A stretch of 64,000 bases of DNA from an uncultured Bdellovibrionales bacterium (lineage in GTDB: Bacteria; Patescibacteriota; Minisyncoccia; Moranbacterales; DUUL01). The stretch is taken from assembly GCA_964346295.1 (NCBI GenBank), contig CAYFUG010000002.1:7355-71354 (forward strand). Direction: 5' to 3'. A program made the translations under genes and the position numbers. Positions 9,399-18,043 of this stretch are shown piece after piece (within the stretch, counting starts at the first letter, position 1; every line of letters starts with the position of its first letter). The notes beneath the pieces were generated by a model. It worked only from the letters and a program-made list of their open reading frames with translations. It ran no database searches and was not told where the DNA came from.

Positions 9399-10160
9399 CT
9401 AAGCTTTCGCCTTAATCGCGGGAGCCTTCCGCTTAGTCTCTAAAATCTTTTTCAAAAATACTCCGCAAATATACCGCAAAGAAGACAAGGCGTCATCATT
9501 AGCTGGGATGGGAAACTCCACTAACTCTGGATTACTATTAGAGTCCACTAAGCCAATCACCGGAATTCCCATCTTCTGAGATTCTTTAACTGCCAGTTTA
9601 TCTTTATTGATGTCTAAAACAATTACCAATCCCGGGAGCTCCTTAAGATTAATCAGGCCGCCCATTTTTTCTTCGATTCGCTCCAACTCCTTGGATAACT
9701 TAGTTCGCTCTAGCTTAGTTAAACCAGAAAGACGCCCTTTTTTAAGGGTTTCTTGGCTATCCAAATAGTATTTAATCCTTTTCTTGATAACCGGAAAATT
9801 GGTTAAGGTTCCTCCTATCCAACGCTCATTGACATAAGTAATATCAGCTTTTTCCGCCACTGCTTGCACCAAATCCTTAGCTTGTCGCTTAGTTCCGACC
9901 AAAGTAATAGGCTGGCCTTTTTCTATTACTCTCGCTACTTCTCCTAAAGCCTTCTGAAAAAGCTTCAGGGATTTCTCTAGGTCAATGATATGCACACCAT
10001 TACGCATCCCAAAGATATAAGAATTCATCTTGGGATTCCAGCGAGATTTTTTATGGCCAAAATGCATTCCGGCTTTCAGCATCGCTTCTAGCGATAGATC
10101 GTACTTGTTTTCTTCAGCTTCTGCCGGAGAAGAAGCTGCAACTGCTTGTTTTTCAGTCAT
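9399..10160 (-). CDS. rpsB: 30S ribosomal protein S2
   Basis: MLKAGMHFGHKKSRWNPKMNSYIFGMRNGVHIIDLEKS is the canonical bS2 signature. Confidence 0.95.
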   Translation of the reverse strand: MTEKQAVAASSPAEAEENKYDLSLEAMLKAGMHFGHKKSRWNPKMNSYIFGMRNGVHIIDLEKSLKLFQKALGEVARVIEKGQPITLVGTKRQAKDLVQAVAEKADITYVNERWIGGTLTNFPVIKKRIKYYLDSQETLKKGRLSGLTKLERTKLSKELERIEEKMGGLINLKELPGLVIVLDINKDKLAVKESQKMGIPVIGLVDSNSNPELVEFPIPANDDALSSLRYICGVFLKKILETKRKAPAIKAKA

Positions 10161-10187
10161 AGTTTAGGTTTCCTTATAAATTATTAG

Positions 10188-10420
10188 GAAACTGCCTAAG
10201 GACTATTCTTCTTTGATGAAAGCTCTCTAATTTCGTGCCTCACTTTGGAAGGTAAGATCAGAAGGCAAGAAAGGACTTTTAGTTTAATCTACTGGTAGTA
10301 GTTAGTCTAAGTTACCGGCAAGAACTCTGAACGAGAAAACTCTGAAAAAGAATCCTTGAATTTTTCCTCTCCAGAGCGAAATGGGCACCCGAAATTTAAG
10401 GTTTTCAGGGGAAAATATAG
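10188..10420. repeat. Direct repeat copy 1 (about 233 bp) in the rpsB upstream region
   Basis: gaaactgcctaaggactattcttc...gaaatttaaggttttcagg recurs 498 bp downstream at about 97% identity; its ends loosely resemble the arm motifs of the intergenic repeat family. Confidence 0.85.
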
Positions 10421-10685
10421 CTTTTTAGACAGTTTCTCAGCCTCTATTCGGCTTTTAATCCAGCTCTAAACCAAAACCCAACTTGGCCCTGGCAAGGAAA
10501 GCTAGCCACCGAATATGTGATATAGGAAAATTCTAGCTAACTGATGGTTTTTGTCAATGCTAAAGTTCCATTCTTCGTCAACACCCTCTAAGTCTTCCAA
10601 CTACTCTTCTCGTGGATACTCAAAAAATCAGACTTATCAAGGATAATTCGTAAGGTCGACAGTGGGTCCCTAGCGATCCCCCCGA

Positions 10686-10918
10686 GAAACTGCCTAAGGA
10701 CTATTCTTCGTTGATGAAAGCTCTCTAATTTCGTGCCTCACTTTGGAAGGTAAGATCAGAAGGCAAGAAAGGACTTTTAGTTTAATCTACTGGTAGTAGT
10801 TAGTCTAAGTTACCGGCAAGAACTCTGAACGAGAAAACTCTGAAAAAGAATCCTTGAATTTTTCCTCTCCAGAGCGAAATGGGCAACCGAAATTTAAGGT
10901 TTTCAGCGGAAAATACAC
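10686..10918. repeat. Direct repeat copy 2 (about 233 bp), separated from copy 1 by about 265 bp of unique sequence
   Basis: Near-identical to 10188-10420 with four visible substitutions. Confidence 0.85.
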
Positions 10919-10922
10919 TCGA

Positions 10923-12362
10923 CTAAGGACTAATTACTATGTCCCCCCTGGATTTAATCTGATAGGTTTTGCTCTCTCCCTTTTCGCCAATAATTTCCAC
11001 TTCTCCCTCTAGCTGATCAATTCCCGACTGTTTTTGAATCTGAAGGAGATAATCTTCAAAATTAACTTTCCAGGGCAATTGGTAGTCAAAACTAATTTTC
11101 TGAGACTTTCCTAGAGGAACTGCCAACCGAGTAGCAAAATACTTTCTTCCTAATTCTTCTCCTATTTCAACTTGCTCTGGAGCACTAGAATCCAACAACT
11201 GAGAGCCAGGAGGTAAATAAATTTTTAAGTAAGTATGGTAGTCAGAAGTAAATTCATCTCGTAAGCGCCCATGATGCCAATAAAAAACTGACAACTGAGT
11301 CTGGGCAGGTTCCTGAGATAAGTCTATCTGGTACTGAAAAGAAATTTCTACTAATCGGTCGTTGTCAAATGGGTCTAAGTTGGTATTAGTCACCAGTAGA
11401 TAATCCTCCCTCTCTTCTAGTTGACTCAAGGGCGCTGCCCATCCGACTGTCTTGATTCGAGCCTGGAGATTAGAATCCACAAAGTACACTCTTAGGTCCT
11501 TAGTTTTAATTTCCTGAGTTAATTGCTCCAAAACTTGGGATTTCTTTTCCCATCCAGCCTGAGAAAACTTTCCCCAAATAGCCCTCCAAATAGCCTCTTC
11601 TAAATTGAAGTATTCTTTTTCGGGAATTCTACTCTCCCCTGGCTGAAGAAGTTGATACTTCACTTGATTATTACTGCGAATGCTCTGAAGAACATTCTGA
11701 TGGCTTATCTCTCCTCTCCAGCCAACTACTTCTACTGATCCTAAAATCTTCAAAAGAGGCTTCAAGGATTGCCTAGAAATAGCCACCAATGCCTCCGGAA
11801 GAGCCTCCCTCTTTTTCCTTTCGTTAAAAGAAGAGTTAAAAACCTCTAATCCCAACTGGGCGCTTTGGGGGAAATCGGGCCACCAGTTGCTATTAGCCAC
11901 TTGCCAACTTTCCTGATTGCGAGGGGATATTTGACTTAAAATGTCCGGAAAGTTTTCTTTCTTATTGGAGTTTGCGCTTAGATCGAAAAAGTGGGCATCA
12001 AAAAATTCCACTTGAGAAACTTTTTCGCCCTGAAAACTTACTAGGGCAATAGTTTCAATCTGACCTCCTCCCGGTCTCAAACGATCAGTGTTTTGAAAAA
12101 CAATCAGCAGACTTTTCTCTTCTCCTTTTTTTAAAAAATCAGCAGCTACCCCTAGAAACACTTTTAATTGACCTTTAGTTTCCTCTTCCAGAGAAGACCA
12201 GTTTACCAAGGGATGAAGATACCTCAAGAAACTAGTTGCTCCTTGTCTTTGAAATTTCCAGTACCCCCCCCAGCTCAATAAAAAAACTCCGGCTACCGCC
12301 CAGAACAGCACCCAGAACTTCCAACTTTTATAACTTTTTTTAGGAGAGAAAGATAGTCGCAT
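10923..12362 (-). CDS. Hypothetical N-terminally membrane-anchored protein
   Basis: Long ORF with a single N-terminal TM helix (WKFWVLFWAVAGVFLLSWGGYW); no recognisable catalytic motif. Confidence 0.6.
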   Translation of the reverse strand: MRLSFSPKKSYKSWKFWVLFWAVAGVFLLSWGGYWKFQRQGATSFLRYLHPLVNWSSLEEETKGQLKVFLGVAADFLKKGEEKSLLIVFQNTDRLRPGGGQIETIALVSFQGEKVSQVEFFDAHFFDLSANSNKKENFPDILSQISPRNQESWQVANSNWWPDFPQSAQLGLEVFNSSFNERKKREALPEALVAISRQSLKPLLKILGSVEVVGWRGEISHQNVLQSIRSNNQVKYQLLQPGESRIPEKEYFNLEEAIWRAIWGKFSQAGWEKKSQVLEQLTQEIKTKDLRVYFVDSNLQARIKTVGWAAPLSQLEEREDYLLVTNTNLDPFDNDRLVEISFQYQIDLSQEPAQTQLSVFYWHHGRLRDEFTSDYHTYLKIYLPPGSQLLDSSAPEQVEIGEELGRKYFATRLAVPLGKSQKISFDYQLPWKVNFEDYLLQIQKQSGIDQLEGEVEIIGEKGESKTYQIKSRGDIVISP

Positions 12363-12388
12363 TCAGCTTTGGTTTCTTTGGTTAGTAA

Positions 12389-12715
12389 TCAGGAAAAATC
12401 TGTATTTTTATTCTCATCCACCTGTTCCTGTTTTTTCCTAGAAAAATCTTTTTGACATTTAATAGCTAGCTTTATACATTCCTCGGGGTCATACCCCAAG
12501 TCATCACACCATCTGATTGTAGAAAAAATTATATTTCCCAATTCCTTCTTGAGCTCTTCTTCGGTCTCAGCAGCTTCGCCCTGCTCGGAATCTCTTGTCC
12601 CCTTACAAATATCTCCAAAAACTTTTCCCATGGCAGAAACTATCTGAGGAAGACTCATTTTAAAATCTTGGCCCCAAATTTCTCTAGCTTTTCTAAGTAA
12701 AAAATTAATCTCCAT
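12389..12715 (-). CDS. MazG-like nucleotide pyrophosphohydrolase (small all-alpha NTP-PPase)
   Basis: EIWGQDF...LPQIVSAMGKVFGDI...ELGNIIFSTIRWCDDLGYDPEECI fits the MazG-like two-motif pattern. Confidence 0.6.
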   Translation of the reverse strand: MEINFLLRKAREIWGQDFKMSLPQIVSAMGKVFGDICKGTRDSEQGEAAETEEELKKELGNIIFSTIRWCDDLGYDPEECIKLAIKCQKDFSRKKQEQVDENKNTDFS

Positions 12716-12826
12716 TTTGAAATCTTTACTTCGTGATTAAAGCTTCTTAGAAAGCAAAACCCTGCCTTTTTAGCTTCTGTTAATTTAAATTGAAAATCCT
12801 TTCTAAATACAAAAATCTCCAAGCTG

Positions 12827-14641
12827 CTAATAATAAAGTTTGACCTGATCTCTTCCGGTCACCATCTGACCAGCCTTAAGGTTTAAAACTGCTCCATAAA
12901 ATAACCAAAAGGCTAAAGCAGCTGGTCCAAACAAGAGCGCATTACTAGACAGTCCCAAAAGAGTGAACTCTGCAAATATCGCCAGGGCCATTACCAACCA
13001 AATTCTCTTTATTCCGTCCGATTTCCTATAGAGATCATAAATATCTTTAAAGTAACGAAATAGCATCAAAATCAAAATCACTAATCCAGAAATTCCTAGG
13101 GTATTCCAGATATAAAAATAGGAATTATAAATTTCCCCCGTAGAACTCTGCCGCTTCTCTTTTTCAATTAACCACCCATTTCCTAAAATAGGATCGTTTT
13201 TAATTTCCTGGAAACCCGAAAGCCACTGCTGACCGCTATTCTCCCAGAGAAAAGAGGACTTTACCCCAGGAAAAACGACCGCTACCGCAATGATGGTAAC
13301 AGCTGTAAGCACCACAATAAAATTATTTCGCAATAAAATACCCACCATAAACATTCCCACTCCTAAAGTCACCAAGGCATAATAAGAAAAAGTGAGGGTA
13401 AGAGCTGTCATTTGCAAAACTAACAGCAAGAAAAATAGAAGTTTCAAGAAAAATTTTCTAAGTATTTCCTCTGAGGTGGGCGCCTCTTCTTCACCTAGTA
13501 ATTGTTCCAACTCCCTTTCTGTCTCACTAGTAGAAGGAATGGTTTTCTTTTTTAAGTCACCCTTAATCTTTACTAGAGACTTCTGAAGCTCTTTGAATTT
13601 ATTAGTCCAATAAAAGCGAGATGAGTATTTTTTTTTGTTCTGAGCAGAGTCTAGTAACTTAGATTTCAAATCAATCTTAATCTTGGGCTCTTCTTGCCCA
13701 AAATTAGCGGTAGCCTCCTTCTCTTCATGGTCAGGAAGAATTTTAGGATAAGTCTCCAAGGCAAAATTCTTTCCGTGCAATTCAGTTAGTTGCCCCGGGG
13801 TCTTTTCTAGCTCTCCCGGCGCCAAACCTAAAACTTCTGCAGAGGTAGCTGCCAGCTCCAAGGTAGTTTTACGCCTTCGATGTTTAACATTCAACAAAAA
13901 CCCTAGCGTGACCGGAATGCTGATCAAGAGAAAAGGCGCTAAGGCGCTTTCTCCAATTTTAAACAGAGCTCCATCTCCAAAAAAACCGCTTACCTTATAC
14001 TGAAAACTCCCAAAAATTAAGTGCTGAGCCTTCCCGCTAGTCACTCCGACTCCAGAAGAACTTTGCCAGCCCACCAAAAAGGCTCCTAGCCCTACCAAAG
14101 AATGGAGAACTCCCGCCACCAACAAAACTAGAAAGAAGCCTTCTAGGCGACGAAGAGTTTGAAAAAAGTATTGGAATACTACTAATAACATCCAAAACAT
14201 CGCCAAGTAAAAAGCCAGTTGCCAAACCTGGGGACTAACCTCTCTCCCAGAAAAAGTTCCTAATCCTAAAACTCCTCCCGCACAAACTAAAAACAAAAAA
14301 AAGTATTTGGATAGATAATTTTTAGAAAGCTTAACGCTTTCTACGCTAATATTTACTAATCCTACTAGGGCCGTCACTATGAGAATAATCTCGTACATTA
14401 CCAAGTCTCCTTCTAGGCCAATTCGAAGAGAAGAAAATAATAAAATAGCAAAAAACAAGAAAAGCCATCCCCGATAAAAACTATTCTGAAAAATTGCCAC
14501 CGCTACAAAGAGCATTAAAATTATTCCAGCCGCGGAAAGATCGAGAGTAATAACCAAAACTAAAACAAAGGCTGCCACTCCCATCACCAAAGATACATAA
14601 GAGTTGCGAAGGGTTTGCTTGATAAATTGAGTTAAATTCAT
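12827..14641 (-). CDS. Polytopic membrane protein, possibly O-antigen ligase / Wzy-like
   Basis: TM clusters at both ends with a large hydrophilic central loop; no definitive motif. Confidence 0.5.
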   Translation of the reverse strand: MNLTQFIKQTLRNSYVSLVMGVAAFVLVLVITLDLSAAGIILMLFVAVAIFQNSFYRGWLFLFFAILLFSSLRIGLEGDLVMYEIILIVTALVGLVNISVESVKLSKNYLSKYFFLFLVCAGGVLGLGTFSGREVSPQVWQLAFYLAMFWMLLVVFQYFFQTLRRLEGFFLVLLVAGVLHSLVGLGAFLVGWQSSSGVGVTSGKAQHLIFGSFQYKVSGFFGDGALFKIGESALAPFLLISIPVTLGFLLNVKHRRRKTTLELAATSAEVLGLAPGELEKTPGQLTELHGKNFALETYPKILPDHEEKEATANFGQEEPKIKIDLKSKLLDSAQNKKKYSSRFYWTNKFKELQKSLVKIKGDLKKKTIPSTSETERELEQLLGEEEAPTSEEILRKFFLKLLFFLLLVLQMTALTLTFSYYALVTLGVGMFMVGILLRNNFIVVLTAVTIIAVAVVFPGVKSSFLWENSGQQWLSGFQEIKNDPILGNGWLIEKEKRQSSTGEIYNSYFYIWNTLGISGLVILILMLFRYFKDIYDLYRKSDGIKRIWLVMALAIFAEFTLLGLSSNALLFGPAALAFWLFYGAVLNLKAGQMVTGRDQVKLYY

Positions 14642-14806
14642 ATTTAAAAATAGGTATCACAAAAAGGTGCTTTTGAAAAGTCTTTTCAAGCCCCTTTAAG
14701 TATGCTTAGATAATACTAAATTAAAGCTGGATGCTTTTTGTATTTTATACTAATTCACAATAAAAGACAAAAATAGTTGGCTTTGCCCACAAAATAATCA
14801 CTGATT

Positions 14807-15220
14807 ATGAAAATTAGCAATGCTCTCCAGAAAGTTACTCTCTCTATCTTTCAATCTTTGCCTTTGATAGTAGGAATTTTAGCCTTAGTAAACTTGATCA
14901 GCCTGGCCTTAGAAGATATTTACCCCCGAATTTTCACTGGCAATTTTTTGCTGGATCCTCTAATTGGCGCCCTGGCCGGCAGCGTCTCTTTTGGCATTCC
15001 CATCACTAGTTACATTGTGGGAGGAGAATTGATTAGACAAGGAGTGAGCCTCCTGGCCGTCACCGCTTTCATCATGGCCTGGACGACAGTCGGGCTAGCC
15101 ATGTTACCCTTGGAAGCTACTTATTTGGGAAAAAAATTCGCCATCAAGAGAAACTTGCTCAATTTCGTCTTCTCCCTCTTAATAGCTATTTTGACTGTTT
15201 TGACCTTGCAGATATTCTAA
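14807..15220 (+). CDS. Putative permease half (DUF318/YraQ-like)
   Basis: Four TM helices; GALAGSVSFGIPITSYIVGGELIRQG pattern; paired with the adjacent ORF. Confidence 0.55.
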   Translation: MKISNALQKVTLSIFQSLPLIVGILALVNLISLALEDIYPRIFTGNFLLDPLIGALAGSVSFGIPITSYIVGGELIRQGVSLLAVTAFIMAWTTVGLAMLPLEATYLGKKFAIKRNLLNFVFSLLIAILTVLTLQIF

Positions 15221-15335
15221 TTTTCCCCGCAAAGCTACTAATGGCAAACTGTAAGGACAGAACATTCCCTCAAATTTTTTCTTTATAAAAAAGCTCGCTT
15301 CTGGTTTCCCTCTTTATGAAAGGGGGTCAGGGAGA

Positions 15336-15890
15336 TTGAAAAATCATAACCACACCATGAACAGCAAGACCAAAAAAGGGCCCTCGGAGAAAGGCCTCAA
15401 CCGCTATCATCTTTTAGCCGGAGTAGCTTTAATTTACGGCCTAGTGGCTCTGGCCAATCGAGAACTTGCTCAAGCTGCCATTGTTTCTACCGGCCAAATG
15501 CTAGTAAAAATCCTGCCAATTTTATTAGTGGTGATTGTTTTGATGACTGTTACTAATTGGATTTTCAGCTCAGACTTTGTCTCCCGGCATCTAGGACAAG
15601 AATCCGGCGCCAAAGGCTGGTTTTACGCTGCAATTGGAGGTATTATTGTGGCCGGGCCACCCTACATTCTCTACCCGCTCTTGGGAGATTTGAAGCAAAA
15701 AGGCATGAAGGATTCCCTTTTAGCAATTTTCCTGTATAATCGCAATGTTAAGATCCCCTTCTTCCCGGTTTTAGTTTACTATTTTGGCTGGCCCTTCGCC
15801 CTAGTGCTCTCAGCTTACATCATTCTCTTTTCCGTTTTGAGTGGATTTTTATTTGAAGAGAAATCTAATAAATTGATCAAAAAGCAATGA
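15336..15890 (+). CDS. Putative permease half (DUF318/YraQ-like)
   Basis: GWFYAAIGGIIVAGPPYILYPLLGDLKQKGM is the homologous repeat of the preceding half; overlaps the next ORF by 4 nt. Confidence 0.55.
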   Translation: MKNHNHTMNSKTKKGPSEKGLNRYHLLAGVALIYGLVALANRELAQAAIVSTGQMLVKILPILLVVIVLMTVTNWIFSSDFVSRHLGQESGAKGWFYAAIGGIIVAGPPYILYPLLGDLKQKGMKDSLLAIFLYNRNVKIPFFPVLVYYFGWPFALVLSAYIILFSVLSGFLFEEKSNKLIKKQ

Positions 15891-16282
15891 GAGAATACAT
15901 CCTCGAAAACAAATTGGGAACTCCCCAGTACTGGCCCTACATTCCAACTGCCACTCTAAAAGGCGTCGAAAATGAATCTGATTTTGGCCTTCAAGACAGC
16001 GAAGACAAAAGAGGTGAGGCCGTTCGATCCATGCACAATATAGCGGTACTGAGAGCTACCAGTAAGACTTCAGTTAAGTTTTATGTGGGATTTTTTAAAG
16101 AAGATTTTTCTCAATTCCTAAAACATGAGCTTACTACCGACCTAGACTTTGGAATGCGAGTTGGTTCCAAAAATGTCACTTTTTTCGTTTTACCTGTAGA
16201 CTGGGAAAGCGAAATCAAACTAGAACTGGTCGAAAAAACCACAGAAGATAGCCCGAAATATAAAGAATTAATTCTCTTGTAA
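15887..16282 (+). CDS. Hypothetical protein
   Basis: 131-aa ORF in an operon-like arrangement; no recognisable motif. Confidence 0.45.
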   Translation: MREYILENKLGTPQYWPYIPTATLKGVENESDFGLQDSEDKRGEAVRSMHNIAVLRATSKTSVKFYVGFFKEDFSQFLKHELTTDLDFGMRVGSKNVTFFVLPVDWESEIKLELVEKTTEDSPKYKELILL

Positions 16283-16311
16283 AAACACTCGACCAATTTC
16301 AGTCTCAGTCT

Positions 16312-16462
16312 AGGGCTTTCAAATTTGAGCAAAGCTCTAGGCGACGCCGAGACTTTGGCCGACCTGTCCCGTCTAGCTTTAGCGATGCGGGAGCCGTACT
16401 GATTGGTACGGTGAGGTCAAAACGCAGGCGGCAACAACGAGATTTGCCAAACTTGAAAATCC
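16312..16462 (+). repeat. Intergenic structured repeat, copy A (about 150 nt), ending 1 nt before the start codon of the downstream gene
   Basis: 5' arm agggctttcaaatttgagcaaagctctagg and 3' arm gtacggtgaggtcaaaacgcaggcggcaacaacgagatttgccaaacttgaaaatcc are shared with copies at 34969-35130, 26175-26289, 61190-61269, 17690-17772 and inverted at 42706-42822. The terminal arms are mutually complementary. Confidence 0.8.
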
Positions 16463-16463
16463 T

Positions 16464-17519
16464 ATGAAAACAACCTATTTTTCCACATTCATCTCCGGCG
16501 CCCAAGAAATAGTCCGACGCGCCCTTCAAAAAAGATCCCGGGTCAAAATCATTGACCTGCTGGACGGTTTAGTAGTGTACCAGACGGACTATAACGAGAA
16601 AGATTTGCGAGAAATTCGCTTTTTTAACAACACTTTTCGTCTCCTGGGCAGCTACCAAAATGTCCACGATTTTCTAGATCTAATCAAGGCCGTTACCAAG
16701 GACAAATCTCTCGGTGGAACTCTCAAAAATCTTTTTACAACCCCTACCACCTATCGGCTATTCACCTCAGAGGAAAACCGCTCTATTAATCCGGGCTTGC
16801 CGGCCTTAGAAACTCTAGAGCAAAAAATCTCTCAAAATCGCTACCTAAAAACCGATTTTAAAAAATACCAACAAGAATTTTGGCTCATTTGGCGAAGAGG
16901 AAACCAGGGCTTTCTAGGCGCTCGTATTACTGGTAAAAAGCCTCTCGCCAAGCACCTCAAAGCTGGACAACTCCGCCCAGAACTGGCTCACTTAATTTGC
17001 CTAGCTTCTCGCCCTGGCCCCCAGGAGGTAATTTTGGATCCCTTTGCCGGCCAAGGAGGATTGCTAACGGAGCGCTTACGAGCTTTTCCTTTTAAAAAAG
17101 CTCTCGCCTTAGAAGAAGACGAGAAACTAGCTAATGACCTCAAGGGTAAAATTTTCCGCGCCTATCCCAAAGAAAAAGTCCAAGTCCGCCGAGAGAGCGC
17201 CCTGGAAATGGGATTTTTAGAAAATAACTCCATTGATAAGATCATCACCGATCCGCCCTGGGGACATTTTAAAAAACTAGATCAACCAGAAGAATTTTAC
17301 ACCCAGATGCTCCAGGAATTTTACCGGGTGCTTAAGTCGAGAGGCCTGGCAGTAATTTTGATGGGCGAGAATTTTCAATTTGACCAGATACTCCAAAGCA
17401 TGACAACTAAAGACAAAAATAATCAGGCAGATCCACTTCCCTCACCTTGGAAGATATCAGCCCAACATCACCTGTTAGTTTCTGGCCGAAAAGCTAATTT
17501 GTGGATTTTAAAAAAATAA
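16464..17519 (+). CDS. THUMP-domain class I SAM-dependent RNA methyltransferase (COG0116-like, N2-guanine/N6-adenine type)
   Basis: DPFAGQGG SAM motif I and DPPWG motif IV; N-terminal THUMP-like region. Confidence 0.8.
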   Translation: MKTTYFSTFISGAQEIVRRALQKRSRVKIIDLLDGLVVYQTDYNEKDLREIRFFNNTFRLLGSYQNVHDFLDLIKAVTKDKSLGGTLKNLFTTPTTYRLFTSEENRSINPGLPALETLEQKISQNRYLKTDFKKYQQEFWLIWRRGNQGFLGARITGKKPLAKHLKAGQLRPELAHLICLASRPGPQEVILDPFAGQGGLLTERLRAFPFKKALALEEDEKLANDLKGKIFRAYPKEKVQVRRESALEMGFLENNSIDKIITDPPWGHFKKLDQPEEFYTQMLQEFYRVLKSRGLAVILMGENFQFDQILQSMTTKDKNNQADPLPSPWKISAQHHLLVSGRKANLWILKK

Positions 17520-17603
17520 ATTAACCCAAATAGAATCATAGCACTGCCACGAACCCGTTCTAGCAATCACAAAAAGTCCCCTTAAATTTGAATCACCAAA
17601 AAA

Positions 17604-17628
17604 ACGCCTCTCGGCGTCTTCTCTCAGA
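17604..17628 (+). terminator. Possible intrinsic terminator after the methyltransferase gene (weak U-tract)
   Basis: acgcc-tctc-ggcgt hairpin followed by cttctctc. Confidence 0.3.
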
Positions 17629-17689
17629 AAACTAGAAATGACTAACAGTCCAAGAACTTTCTCGTTTTAGGACATTTTTAGAGAAAAGT

Positions 17690-17772
17690 GAGGCTTTAGT
17701 TGAGAATTACTGAAGCGTACAGCGAGAGTAAAACGCAGCTTTTGACAACGAAATTTTCAAAGTGAGAAAGTC
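17690..17772 (+). repeat. Intergenic structured repeat, compact copy E
   Basis: gaggctttagttgagaattactgaagc + gtacagcgagagtaaaacgcagcttttgacaacgaaattttcaaagtgagaaagtc matches the family 5' and 3' blocks; lies just 3' of the tRNA-like gene. Confidence 0.65.
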
Positions 17773-17784
17773 TTAGCAATACAG

Positions 17785-17883
17785 TGCAGACGAGAGGATT
17801 CGAACCTCTAACCTCCTTACTTTCTCTCGTTGACACTGCAACGAGAGAAAGTAAAGCGCTCAGCCTTTTTGAGCTTCGTCTGC
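17785..17883 (-). tRNA. tRNA-like gene with a 25-nt insertion in the anticodon loop forming an 18-bp continuous hairpin; anticodon ambiguous (UUC/Glu if 37/38 intron; GAA/Phe alternative)
   Basis: Minus strand reads GCAGACG-AA-GCUC-AAAAAGGCU-GAGC-G-CUUUA-[32 nt]-UAAGG-AGGUU-AGAGG-UUCGAAU-CCUCU-CGUCUGC-A. It has a 7-bp acceptor stem, D arm with GG, and canonical T arm (G53, UUCGAAU, C61). A8 is atypical. No encoded CCA. Confidence 0.6.
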
Positions 17884-18043
17884 CGCAATTTGATAATTTG
17901 CTTGTCTCCAAGATTAGCAACTTTTCTGATTTTGTCAATATTTTTTTAGACACTTTTTAAACAACCTCGGGATTCAAAAAAACCATGGAGGTAGACCAAA
18001 TCAAGCAAAGTTGCTATTCTAAGATTGAATTAACCGGGACAAC

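Noticed and set aside
14807-15890. Single frameshifted permease gene instead of two half-genes
   Set aside because: A 115-bp non-coding gap with its own start context separates the halves and each half has a complete 4-TM repeat; a split two-gene arrangement is more likely. Comparison with homologues would settle it.
17696-17953. Minus-strand 85-aa ORF
   Set aside because: Overlaps the tRNA-like gene and repeat copy E; no coding signal.
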